A stretch of DNA of 32,000 nt from Herbinix luporum (GTDB taxonomy: Bacteria; Bacillota; Clostridia; Lachnospirales; Lachnospiraceae). This document shows, piece after piece, positions 20,483 through 28,409 of this stretch. The stretch is from contig NZ_LN879430.1 in the NCBI RefSeq assembly GCF_900070325.1, forward strand, positions 1,015,379 through 1,047,378. Direction: 5' to 3'. Numbering within the stretch: the stretch's first letter is position 1; every line of letters begins with the position of its first letter. The notes beneath the pieces were generated by a model. That model ran no database searches, was not told the origin of the DNA, and worked only from the letters and a program-made list of their open reading frames with translations. The position numbers were made by a program, and so were the translations under genes.

Positions 20483-20496
20483 GGAATATATGTTCG
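20483..20496. promoter_or_regulatory. LexA box candidate C
   Basis: GGAATATATGTTCG. The right half, GTTCG, is perfect; the left half is GGAAT. Confidence 0.45.
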
Positions 20497-20505
20497 AAAA
20501 AACTA

Positions 20506-20534
20506 TTGACAAGCAAATGTTTGTTCGATATAAT
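20506..20534 (+). promoter_or_regulatory. Consensus sigma-A promoter of the yneA-like gene
   Basis: TTGACA (20506-20511), 17-nt spacer, TATAAT (20529-20534). LexA box D lies within the spacer. Confidence 0.65.
20514..20527. promoter_or_regulatory. LexA box candidate D (inside the promoter spacer)
   Basis: CAAATGTTTGTTCG. The right half is perfect. Positioned between -35 and -10. Confidence 0.5.
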
Positions 20535-20540
20535 CAATTT

Positions 20541-20554
20541 AAAACATTTGTTCG
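20541..20554. promoter_or_regulatory. LexA box candidate E (just downstream of the -10)
   Basis: AAAACATTTGTTCG. The AAC-N4-GTTCG core is intact. Confidence 0.55.
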
Positions 20555-20666
20555 GATTAAGTTTTTATAAAATTTTACTTTCTAAGACATCAGATGACCT
20601 TGGCTCATATTATAATTGGTAAAAATCAAGAATAAATTTATAGTTTATAACCGGGAGGTATATATT

Positions 20667-21041
20667 ATGAATAAATCTTTAATCAGTAATTTTAATTCAA
20701 ATCATGAGCCTATAAGAAATATAACTGATAGAAGAATGAAGAAGAGTATAAAATGGATCGGACTGTCAGTATTAATTATTATCATTCTTCTAACAGCTAT
20801 ATTTACCGGCAAGACTGCTACAGCAAAGAATGAAAGGCATAGGGTTAAGCAGGTAGCCAGTGTTCAGATTCAAAAGGGAGATAGCTTATGGACTATAGCT
20901 TCTAGATATATGACAGAGGAGTATAAAGATATCAACGATTATATTGAAGATATTATGATTTGTAATGGACTTACATCTGATAAAATCCATGCCGGTAATT
21001 ATATTATTGTTCCTTATTATGTAGATTTATCTAGTAATTAA
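20667..21041 (+). CDS. Small TM + LysM protein, YneA-like candidate SOS-induced cell-division inhibitor
   Basis: GGGAGG RBS before ATG 20667. TM segment WIGLSVLIIIILLTAIFTG and LysM domain (VQIQKGDSLWTIASRY...NGLTSDKIHAGNYIIVP). Divergent from lexA, with SOS boxes in its promoter. Confidence 0.6.
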   Translation: MNKSLISNFNSNHEPIRNITDRRMKKSIKWIGLSVLIIIILLTAIFTGKTATAKNERHRVKQVASVQIQKGDSLWTIASRYMTEEYKDINDYIEDIMICNGLTSDKIHAGNYIIVPYYVDLSSN

Positions 21042-21105
21042 TAGACTTTATATTATGCTAAAACCTCTTATATTTAGCCAAAGAATACATTTTTTTAATT
21101 ATTAC

Positions 21106-21134
21106 TTGACTTTTTGGGAAGAATATCATAGGAT
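21106..21134 (+). promoter_or_regulatory. Candidate promoter for the metG T-box leader
   Basis: TTGACT, 17-nt spacer, TAGGAT (a weak -10). Confidence 0.35.
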
Positions 21135-21139
21135 ACAGA

Positions 21140-21437
21140 ATAAGGTATAAATATTATAAAGGCTGTGAAGAGAAGAGTAGTCTTAATGGCAACCTACAGA
21201 GAGTTCCGTTTGCTGAGAAGGAATGGGGAAGTTAAGATGAAGCAAGCCTCGGAGCCGCATACGGATCCGGATTAGATGATTTACTAATCCGGTGATGCTA
21301 TGACGTTTGTCCACGTTACAGGACTAAGGTATAATCTGTACCTAATAAGTTTGATATGGTAACATATCAAAAAAATAGGGTGGCACCACGAAGTATTCGT
21401 CCCTACGGTAATCTTTGGATTATCGTAGGTTTTTTTA
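21140..21437 (+). promoter_or_regulatory. T-box riboswitch leader, methionine specifier (AUG)
   Basis: Stem I elements AGTA, AGAGAG (21198-21203) and GCTGAGA (21212-21218). Specifier context AAG-AUG-A at 21237-21239. T-box sequence AATAGGGTGGCACCACG at 21374-21390. Terminator CTACGGTAATC/GATTATCGTAG followed by T7 (21403-21436). Confidence 0.85.
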
Positions 21438-21480
21438 TATGTAAAAGTGGTGTCGGTAAATTACAATAAAGGAGGAGCTT

Positions 21481-23487
21481 ATGAAAGAGGAAAATATAAT
21501 CAGAAAAAGACCGGAGCCTGAAAGACCAAAGTTTCCAAAAAGGGCAGTTGTAACAGCAGGAATGCCTTATGGAAATAAAGGGCTTCATTTTGGACATATT
21601 GGCGGTGTATTTATCCATGCCGATGTATTTGCCAGATTTTTAAGAGATAGGATTGGTAAGGATAATGTAATATTCGTATCCGGTACCGACTGTTATGGTT
21701 CTCCCATAGTTGAAAATTATAGGAAGATTTGTGAGCAAGAAGGTTATAAAGGTACAATCGAAGAATATGTTACCGAAAACCATCTAAAACAGAAGAAAAC
21801 CTTGGATGATTATGAAATTGCTTTAAACTTATATGCTACATCTGCTTTTGGAAGAAGCGGGGAAATTCATAACAAGGTATCCGAAGAAGTATTTGAATTA
21901 CTTTATGAGAAAGGTTATCTAGAAAAGCTGTCAACTCCTCAGTTTTTTGACCCGGAACATAAGGTATTGTTAAACGGTCGTCAAGTGGTAGGAGAATGTC
22001 CTATTGAGGGTTGTAAATCAGAAAGAGGTTATGCTGATGAATGTTCTTTAGGACATCAGTATATGCCAAGTGAGCTTATTAATCCTAAAAGTACCTTGTC
22101 CGGAAAAACTCCGGAAGTTATAGATGTAACTAACTGGTATTTTAAGCTGGAGGAGTTCCAAAAACTACTGTCAGACAGGGTGGAATATCTTAGAAAGAAT
22201 ACTAATTCCAGAAAATATCTGCTTAATACCATGGAAGAGTTCCTAAGGGAACCTATGATTCATATAAAGAAAAATCAGCTGCCTAAGCTTAAAGAAATTA
22301 TTGATAAATTACCAGACCATGAATATATAGAAGAAGAGAAGAAACCTTCAGTTACCTTGGTATTTAAGACCTTAAGGGATAGGGAAGAGGCAACAAAGAT
22401 TATTGCAAATCATGGAGTCAACTTCCGTACCGGAAAGACCTTGGTGCCATTTAGACTGACAGGTAATATCGAATGGGGAGTAAAGGCACCGGTTAAGGAA
22501 GGACTAGAAGGTTTGACCTTCTGGGTATGGCCTGAATCTTTATGGGCTCCCATATCCTTTACGAGAACATATCTAGAGACCGGTTCGGCTTCCTCAAAGG
22601 ATTGGAAGGATTGGTGGTGTTCTAAAGAGGCCAATGTATATCAGTTTATAGGTGAAGATAATATTTACTTTTACGGAATTGCCGAAATGGCAATCTTTAT
22701 GGCTCTGCAGAAAGAAGCACCGGATTTTATACCAAAGGATGGAGATTTAATTCTTCCCCACCTAATAGCCAATAACCATGTGCTTTTTATGGACAAGAAA
22801 GCTAGCAGTAGCTCAGATATTAAACCTCCCATGGCTGATGAATTATTACAATACTATACCAATGAACAACTTAGAATGCATTTTCTAAGCTTTGGCCTAG
22901 ATAATAAGAGTGTAAGTTTTCAGCCTGCGGTTTACCAAACCCAAAAACAGGATGGGATAGACCCTGTATTAAAGGAAGGAAATCTTTTAACTAATGTATA
23001 CAATAGGTTAATCCGTTCTTGTTTCTATACGGCGCAGAAGTATTATGATTCACATATACCGGAGGGAACAATCAGTCAAAATATTTTAGATGAAGCTAGA
23101 AAAGTAATCTTAAAATACGAAAGACACATGTATAACCATGAGTTCCATCGTATATGCGACTTGTTAGATAGCTATATTCGTAGCAGTAATAAATATTATG
23201 TAAATAATATAAGAACTGCGGAAAATAACGATGACGATGCTCTAAGAAGACAGGTTTTAATAGACTCTTTTTATGCAGTGCGAGTTATAGCTACCTTGGT
23301 TCATCCAATTGCCCCCACCGGTGCAGAAATGGTGAGAGAGTACTTAGGTGTGGATGAGAGAATGTGGGATTGGGAAACAATATTTGAGCCCTTGGATTAT
23401 TTTATTTCTAATCTAAATGAACATAAGCTTAAATTCCTTGAACCTAGGGTAGATTTCTTTAAAAAACATGAGAGCCAGCTGAGATAA
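21481..23487 (+). CDS. metG: Methionine--tRNA ligase (atypical: KASSS in place of KMSKS, internal insertion, no C-terminal Trbp111-type domain)
   Basis: HIGH region GLHFGHIGG; Zn knuckle CPIEGC...ECSLGH; WGVKAP and FWVWPESLWAPISF; FIGEDNIYFYGI. Preceded by the AUG-specifier T-box. AGGAGG RBS. Confidence 0.9.
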   Translation: MKEENIIRKRPEPERPKFPKRAVVTAGMPYGNKGLHFGHIGGVFIHADVFARFLRDRIGKDNVIFVSGTDCYGSPIVENYRKICEQEGYKGTIEEYVTENHLKQKKTLDDYEIALNLYATSAFGRSGEIHNKVSEEVFELLYEKGYLEKLSTPQFFDPEHKVLLNGRQVVGECPIEGCKSERGYADECSLGHQYMPSELINPKSTLSGKTPEVIDVTNWYFKLEEFQKLLSDRVEYLRKNTNSRKYLLNTMEEFLREPMIHIKKNQLPKLKEIIDKLPDHEYIEEEKKPSVTLVFKTLRDREEATKIIANHGVNFRTGKTLVPFRLTGNIEWGVKAPVKEGLEGLTFWVWPESLWAPISFTRTYLETGSASSKDWKDWWCSKEANVYQFIGEDNIYFYGIAEMAIFMALQKEAPDFIPKDGDLILPHLIANNHVLFMDKKASSSSDIKPPMADELLQYYTNEQLRMHFLSFGLDNKSVSFQPAVYQTQKQDGIDPVLKEGNLLTNVYNRLIRSCFYTAQKYYDSHIPEGTISQNILDEARKVILKYERHMYNHEFHRICDLLDSYIRSSNKYYVNNIRTAENNDDDALRRQVLIDSFYAVRVIATLVHPIAPTGAEMVREYLGVDERMWDWETIFEPLDYFISNLNEHKLKFLEPRVDFFKKHESQLR

Positions 23488-23504
23488 TCAATAGGCCATA
23501 AAAA

Positions 23505-23532
23505 ACGGACCTTCCACTTTAGGGAGGTCCGT
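23505..23532. terminator. Bidirectional terminator hairpin between metG and the lipoprotein gene
   Basis: ACGGACCTTCC pairs with GGGAGGTCCGT (one G-U pair). The A-run on the left gives a T-run for the minus-strand transcript. Confidence 0.6.
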
Positions 23533-23582
23533 TAATATTATATGCAAAATATCATAACCGACATTCATTATAGTAATTTAAA

Positions 23583-24449
23583 TTATTGCTTATACATTGT
23601 ATAAAGGCTATAGGTAGCAATATTTACCATGGAATAACCATTATTTTCTTCTTCTTTAAAAGAAATAATAAAGTCATTTTTAAACTGAATAGAAGAATCA
23701 GATTTACCATTAATAATTAAGGCTTCAGGAAATAACACAAGATAGATGCCATCCCCCTCATTAAGACTTAAACTGGGATTTTCCACATCGCAGCCGTAAG
23801 TTCCGTAATGCATATTATTTTTATTCTTGCTCTTGTCACTATACCATTCATAGGTACCGTCTTCAGAAAATATCAAATAACCTTCCTTGTTAAGATCCCA
23901 TTCTCCCACAAGGAATTCTTTAGCCTTTTTTTCATTTTCATTATTAACTTCTTCGTTAACTTTAATTTGAGACATTAGCTTAATAGCTTCATCATATCCG
24001 GCATAAAAATTATCAATTATGGAGGTATAAGATACAGAAGCTGCAGTATAATATTTTCCATAATACCTTTGATAAACTTTATAGGTAGTAGATCCGACTG
24101 TATATATATATCCATATTCATACCACTTATTGCCATTTACTGTTATTTCATTAGGTTCTTGAAAGACCTGAAAATCTTCACTAGAAGACAGGATATCCTC
24201 AATAAAACTAATCATTGTCATCGGATGCTGATATGTACTTTCTGTACTGGTATATATATTGATTATATTGTCATTACTATCTCTTAACTCAATAGAAGTA
24301 CTTTCATCGGATTTTTCAAGCATTTTCCATACTTTAGTATCATATTTAAAGGAGAGATTGCCTAGGGTAATTGAGCTTGTGTTTTTACCACAGGCTGTAA
24401 ATAAAAAAATAATTAGGAAAATATTTAATACATATATAGTCTTTTTCAT
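23583..24449 (-). CDS. Hypothetical lipoprotein
   Basis: Signal peptide with lipobox FLFTAC|GKN. Tyr/Asn-rich mature part. No family recognised. Confidence 0.65.
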   Translation of the reverse strand: MKKTIYVLNIFLIIFLFTACGKNTSSITLGNLSFKYDTKVWKMLEKSDESTSIELRDSNDNIINIYTSTESTYQHPMTMISFIEDILSSSEDFQVFQEPNEITVNGNKWYEYGYIYTVGSTTYKVYQRYYGKYYTAASVSYTSIIDNFYAGYDEAIKLMSQIKVNEEVNNENEKKAKEFLVGEWDLNKEGYLIFSEDGTYEWYSDKSKNKNNMHYGTYGCDVENPSLSLNEGDGIYLVLFPEALIINGKSDSSIQFKNDFIISFKEEENNGYSMVNIATYSLYTMYKQ

Positions 24450-24651
24450 AATGCTACCTACTCTTTCTTAATTAAGCTAATAAAGGTCAATCTTAATTTT
24501 ATATAATACAACTAAATGGAAAAAATATCAACCATATTAGTTTTAAATTAATATTAATTAAATACGATTATTCTTCTTAATATTGTAATATTTGCAATAT
24601 ATGATAAAATAAGTATGGAAGAAGAAAAATTCTAGTATAAAGGAGAATGTC

Positions 24652-25053
24652 ATGGCTATGTATGAGATGAAACCGGAATATTACACCGGGATTGATTTTA
24701 TTGATCAAGAACACAAAAAACTATTCGACATTGCTAATCAAGCATATGAATTGCTAACTAATGAATTTATACCTGATAAGTATGACTACATTATGGAAGT
24801 TATTGATGAGTTAAAAGATTATGCCAAATATCATTTTGACCATGAAGAAACCTATATGACAAGCATAAAATATAAAAGGTTTTTGTCTCAGAAAGTGTCC
24901 CATGATGATTTTATTGAAAAGATTAACCAGTATGATTCTGAAATTGTTGATGAACAGCAAAGAGAATCTTTATTGGACTTGTTAGAATTTTTAACAAGTT
25001 GGTTAGTAGAACATATCTATAAGCAGGATAAATTAATAGCTGAAGCTGAGTAA
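24652..25053 (+). CDS. Hemerythrin-like (bacteriohemerythrin) single-domain protein
   Basis: Metal-ligand pattern IDQEHKKLF, YHFDHEE, SHDDF and WLVEHIYKQD. AAGGAG RBS. Confidence 0.85.
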   Translation: MAMYEMKPEYYTGIDFIDQEHKKLFDIANQAYELLTNEFIPDKYDYIMEVIDELKDYAKYHFDHEETYMTSIKYKRFLSQKVSHDDFIEKINQYDSEIVDEQQRESLLDLLEFLTSWLVEHIYKQDKLIAEAE

Positions 25054-25068
25054 ATAATAAAAATAAAG

Positions 25069-25115
25069 ACCGCTTTTGAGGTATAATGTAATTATCTCTA
25101 AGGCGGTTATTTTTA
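25069..25115 (+). terminator. Terminator after the hemerythrin gene
   Basis: ACCGCTTTTGAG pairs with CTCTAAGGCGGT (10 of 12 pairs), followed by TATTTTTAT. Confidence 0.5.
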
Positions 25116-25209
25116 TAAACAAATCAAATAAAGAATAAGGGGCAAATAACCATAATTATTTGGTCTGGCTTACATATAATTAAATAAGGAATACTTAAGG
25201 AAGAATAGT

Positions 25210-25680
25210 ATGTCAGACCAGGAGTTTTATACCTTCAGTGAATATATGCGAAAAGATCAGGAAATCTTATCACCCTCTGCCGAGGATTATATGGAAATGA
25301 TTTATAGACTTTCAAAAAATCAAGGTTTTACCAGAGTAAATGACCTTGCTATGGCTTTAAATGTGCAACCTCCCTCTGTTACTAAAATGATTCAAAAACT
25401 TTCTGAGATTAATCTTATTAAGTATGAAAAGTATGGTGTAATCATGTTAGAGGATAAAGGTCTAAAACTGGGAAAAGCGCTTCTTTATAGACATAATCTA
25501 ATTGAGGATTTTTTAAAGCTACTAAATATTACTGAAGGTATATTGGCAGAGACGGAAAAAATGGAACATACCATAAATGATGAAATTCTTACAGGAATTA
25601 AAGACTTGGTGGATTTTTTCAATGATAATCCTGAGTTATTGGAAAAACTAAACAAATATCGGAATCAAAAGAAAAAATAA
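25210..25680 (+). CDS. mntR: DtxR-family metalloregulator, MntR-like
   Basis: By eye it aligns closely with B. subtilis MntR: EDYMEMIY, PPSVTKMIQKL, YEKYGVIMLEDKGLKLGKALLYRHNLIEDFL, EKMEH. The Asp/Glu/His ligand positions appear conserved. Confidence 0.75.
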   Translation: MSDQEFYTFSEYMRKDQEILSPSAEDYMEMIYRLSKNQGFTRVNDLAMALNVQPPSVTKMIQKLSEINLIKYEKYGVIMLEDKGLKLGKALLYRHNLIEDFLKLLNITEGILAETEKMEHTINDEILTGIKDLVDFFNDNPELLEKLNKYRNQKKK

Positions 25681-25713
25681 TTTAATTAATTACATGACTA
25701 TAAGACATAGAAG

Positions 25714-25758
25714 ACGGACTATGATTTATATAAATATATAATTTAAACCATAGTCCGT
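25714..25758. terminator. Hairpin between the convergent mntR-like gene and feoB
   Basis: ACGGACTATG pairs with CATAGTCCGT, with imperfect extension. The flanking T-runs are weak. Confidence 0.4.
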
Positions 25759-25786
25759 GTTATATTGTAAATTTAAGCAAATTCAA

Positions 25787-27901
25787 TTAACCCCATCCCA
25801 ATAATCTAAATATTATAGTGGTTATAGAGCATATTATAATTGCAACTAATGTTGGAATAAGAGCTGCAAGTACAGTCCATTTAGTACTTCCGGTCTCTTT
25901 TTTTATGGTCAGTAAGGTTGTGGCACAGGGCCAATGAAAGAGGCAGAATAACATAGTATTTAAGGCAGTAAGATAAGTCCAGCCATTTTCCAGCAAAATA
26001 GTCCTAAGGGAATCTAAACTGTCAAAATCTATCATGGACCCTGTGGACAGATAGGACATTAAGAGGATGGGAAGTACAATTTCATTGGCAGGAAGCCCAA
26101 GTATGAAAGCCATCAGTATATATCCATCCAGTCCGATTAATTTAGCAAGAGGATTAAAAAACTGTGCTCCATGGCCTATTAAGCTTAAGTCTCCAATATA
26201 AATATTTCCTAAAATCCAGGTAATAGCCCCCGCCGGTATAGCTACCATAACAGCTCTTGCAAGAACGAATATAGTACGATCTATAATGGAAGTATATAGT
26301 ACACGGCCAATTCTTGGAATCCTATAAGGAGGCAATTCCAAGGTAAAGGTGGAGGGGATGCCTTTGAGTATAGTTTTTGACAGGAGATAGGAAACCAATA
26401 GGGTTACAATTATTGAAAATACTACCAGCCCTGTAACAGTTAGTACAGGTAAAAGTCCATAAGCAAATCCGCTTCTTGAAAGTAAAAATACAGTAGATAA
26501 GGCTATAAGGGTTGGAAATCTTCCGTTGCAAGGAACAAAATTATTAGTTAAAGTAGCAATAAGCCTTTCTCTGGGGGATTCAATAATTCTACAGGCAATA
26601 ATCCCTGCGGCATTACATCCAAAACCCATACACATGGTTAAACACTGCTTTCCGTGAGCCCGTGCCTTTTTAAATAAATGGTCCATATTAAAGGCAACTC
26701 TCGGAAGGTAGCCTAAATCTTCTAAGATAGTAAATAGAGGGAAAAAGATTGCCATAGGCGGCAACATAACAGATATAACCCATGCCAAAGTTCTATATAT
26801 CCCCAGTACAAAGAAAGCAGAAAGCCATTTAGGTGCATTAAAATAATTAAATAATAGAGTCAATTTATCCTCAAGAAAAAAGAAGAAATTTGAAAGTATT
26901 GCAGAAGGATAATTTGCCCCTGATATGGTAATCCAAAAAACAAGAGCCAAGGTTAAAAGCATTAATGGAATACCGAATATTTTAGAAGTAATATAGCTAT
27001 CAATAATCCTGTCACGGTTTATCCGTTTTGGATCAATTTTGACGTGATTTTTAGTTATTTCATAAGCTTTATTATAGATTTTTGTACTTATAGTATCTCG
27101 AATATCTTGCTTATTCTCAATATTTGCATTATCAAGAATAGACTGGATTTGTAATGTTTCTTCATCAGCTATAAAATCATATAAGGAGTGAATAAGTCTT
27201 TCATCCCCATCAATCATCCTAAGTGCCAGCCATCTAGGGGTTATTGTTCCTGAAATTTTTTCGGTTATGGGCTCAATGGATGTTACAATTTCTTCTAATT
27301 CATTATCGTAATAAACAAGATTTGGATTTGCTTTTATTTTACCTGTAACAAGCTGGTATATAGTAGATTTTAAATAATCAATTCCTACACCACTTCTGGC
27401 CGCACATGTAACAATAGGAATACCCAGTTCCTCTTTTAGCCCAGTGACATCAATATTTATTTTTTTCTTTTTGGCTTCATCTATTAGATTTATACATAAT
27501 ATAACCTTATCGGTTAATTCCATAATCTGATATACCAGATTTAGATTCCGCTCAAGGCAGGTTGCATCTGTTACAACTATTACTGCATCGGCATTTCCAA
27601 AACATATGAAATCCCTAGCCACTTCTTCTTCAATAGAAGAAGAGAAGAGGGAATATGTCCCCGGAAGATCAACTAAGATAAAATCTTTATCTAAATGGCT
27701 AAACTCACCTTTGGCATTGACAACGGTTTTACCCGGCCAGTTTCCTGTATGCTGTTTTAATCCCGTAAGACAGTTAAATACAGTGCTTTTGCCTGTATTG
27801 GGATTACCTGCTAAGGCAATAACAAATTGTCCTTCTTTTTTATCAATATGAAATATATCCTTTAAAGCAGAATTTTTTGTAGATTGATATGATAAACCCA
27901 T
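25787..27901 (-). CDS. feoB: Ferrous iron transporter FeoB
   Basis: N-terminal G domain (GNPNTGKST, DLPGTYS) followed by a polytopic permease. ATG (MGLSYQ) at 27901 follows GGAGG; the track's TTG at 27913 lies in the RBS. Confidence 0.95.
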   Translation of the reverse strand: MGLSYQSTKNSALKDIFHIDKKEGQFVIALAGNPNTGKSTVFNCLTGLKQHTGNWPGKTVVNAKGEFSHLDKDFILVDLPGTYSLFSSSIEEEVARDFICFGNADAVIVVTDATCLERNLNLVYQIMELTDKVILCINLIDEAKKKKINIDVTGLKEELGIPIVTCAARSGVGIDYLKSTIYQLVTGKIKANPNLVYYDNELEEIVTSIEPITEKISGTITPRWLALRMIDGDERLIHSLYDFIADEETLQIQSILDNANIENKQDIRDTISTKIYNKAYEITKNHVKIDPKRINRDRIIDSYITSKIFGIPLMLLTLALVFWITISGANYPSAILSNFFFFLEDKLTLLFNYFNAPKWLSAFFVLGIYRTLAWVISVMLPPMAIFFPLFTILEDLGYLPRVAFNMDHLFKKARAHGKQCLTMCMGFGCNAAGIIACRIIESPRERLIATLTNNFVPCNGRFPTLIALSTVFLLSRSGFAYGLLPVLTVTGLVVFSIIVTLLVSYLLSKTILKGIPSTFTLELPPYRIPRIGRVLYTSIIDRTIFVLARAVMVAIPAGAITWILGNIYIGDLSLIGHGAQFFNPLAKLIGLDGYILMAFILGLPANEIVLPILLMSYLSTGSMIDFDSLDSLRTILLENGWTYLTALNTMLFCLFHWPCATTLLTIKKETGSTKWTVLAALIPTLVAIIICSITTIIFRLLGWG

Positions 27902-27961
27902 TAAAACCTCCAAAACTATAACAAAGTTTATTTAAATAAATTAGAATTCTTCTGTGCAGTA

Positions 27962-28189
27962 TTAATTTTGCTCTACGGTAACTAAAGCTGCTTCTTCGTT
28001 TCTAAGGGCAATCATAGCGCCACGTATATTAAAAATAGTAGGATCACCGGATGGACCCCGTCTTATTACTTCTATTTTTGCCCCTCTTGTTATTCCAAGA
28101 GCTAACATTCGTTCTCTTAAGATACCGGTTGAAACTAGATCCTTAACAGTAACAATGCTTCCTACAGAAGCTTTATGAAGTTTTTCCAT
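27962..28189 (-). CDS. feoA: FeoA
   Basis: 75-aa SH3-like FeoA pattern (VGSIVTVKDL...RERMLALGITRGAKIEVIRRGPSGDP). GGGAGG RBS. Confidence 0.9.
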   Translation of the reverse strand: MEKLHKASVGSIVTVKDLVSTGILRERMLALGITRGAKIEVIRRGPSGDPTIFNIRGAMIALRNEEAALVTVEQN

Positions 28190-28247
28190 TATAACCTCCC
28201 GAAAATTTATTATATTTAACTTTACTATTTAACTTAAAATAAAAGTT

Positions 28248-28261
28248 TTAGCCTAAGCTAA
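28248..28261. promoter_or_regulatory. Candidate metalloregulator operator in the feoA promoter
   Basis: Near-palindrome TTAGC-CTAA-GCTAA, 59-72 nt upstream of the feoA ATG. It contains TTAGCCTAA, the central core of the DtxR/IdeR-type consensus. Only one site, in AT-rich DNA. Confidence 0.3.
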
Positions 28262-28302
28262 TATATAATATGATTAATTACTAATCTGGTTCATAGAAGT
28301 AA

Positions 28303-28362
28303 TAAAAAAACGTGCCATAAGGCAAAAACCAAAATCCTTTTGGAATTTACCAATATGGCATG
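28303..28362 (-). terminator. Rho-independent terminator after the P-loop NTPase gene
   Basis: On the minus strand, CATGCCATA pairs with TATGGCACG (with an inner CCAAAA/TTTTGG stem), followed by T7. Confidence 0.6.
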
Positions 28363-28409
28363 TTCTTATAAGATTACTATATAAAATAATATAATTTTTA
28401 CTATAATTA

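Noticed and set aside
20398-20622. 74-aa ORF spanning the lexA / yneA-like intergenic region.
   Set aside because: It covers the promoters and SOS boxes, has no RBS, and its translation looks like non-coding AT-rich sequence.
24466-24482. A second copy of the feoA-promoter motif (shared TAAGCTAATA) upstream of the lipoprotein gene.
   Set aside because: Only a 10-nt half matches. The local palindrome (CTTAATTAAG) is different, so this is probably coincidence in AT-rich DNA.
24580-24600. TTGTAATATTTGCAA near the hemerythrin promoter, considered as a metalloregulator site.
   Set aside because: The dyad is weak (about 9 of 15 symmetric positions) and overlaps a plausible -35. There is not enough evidence.
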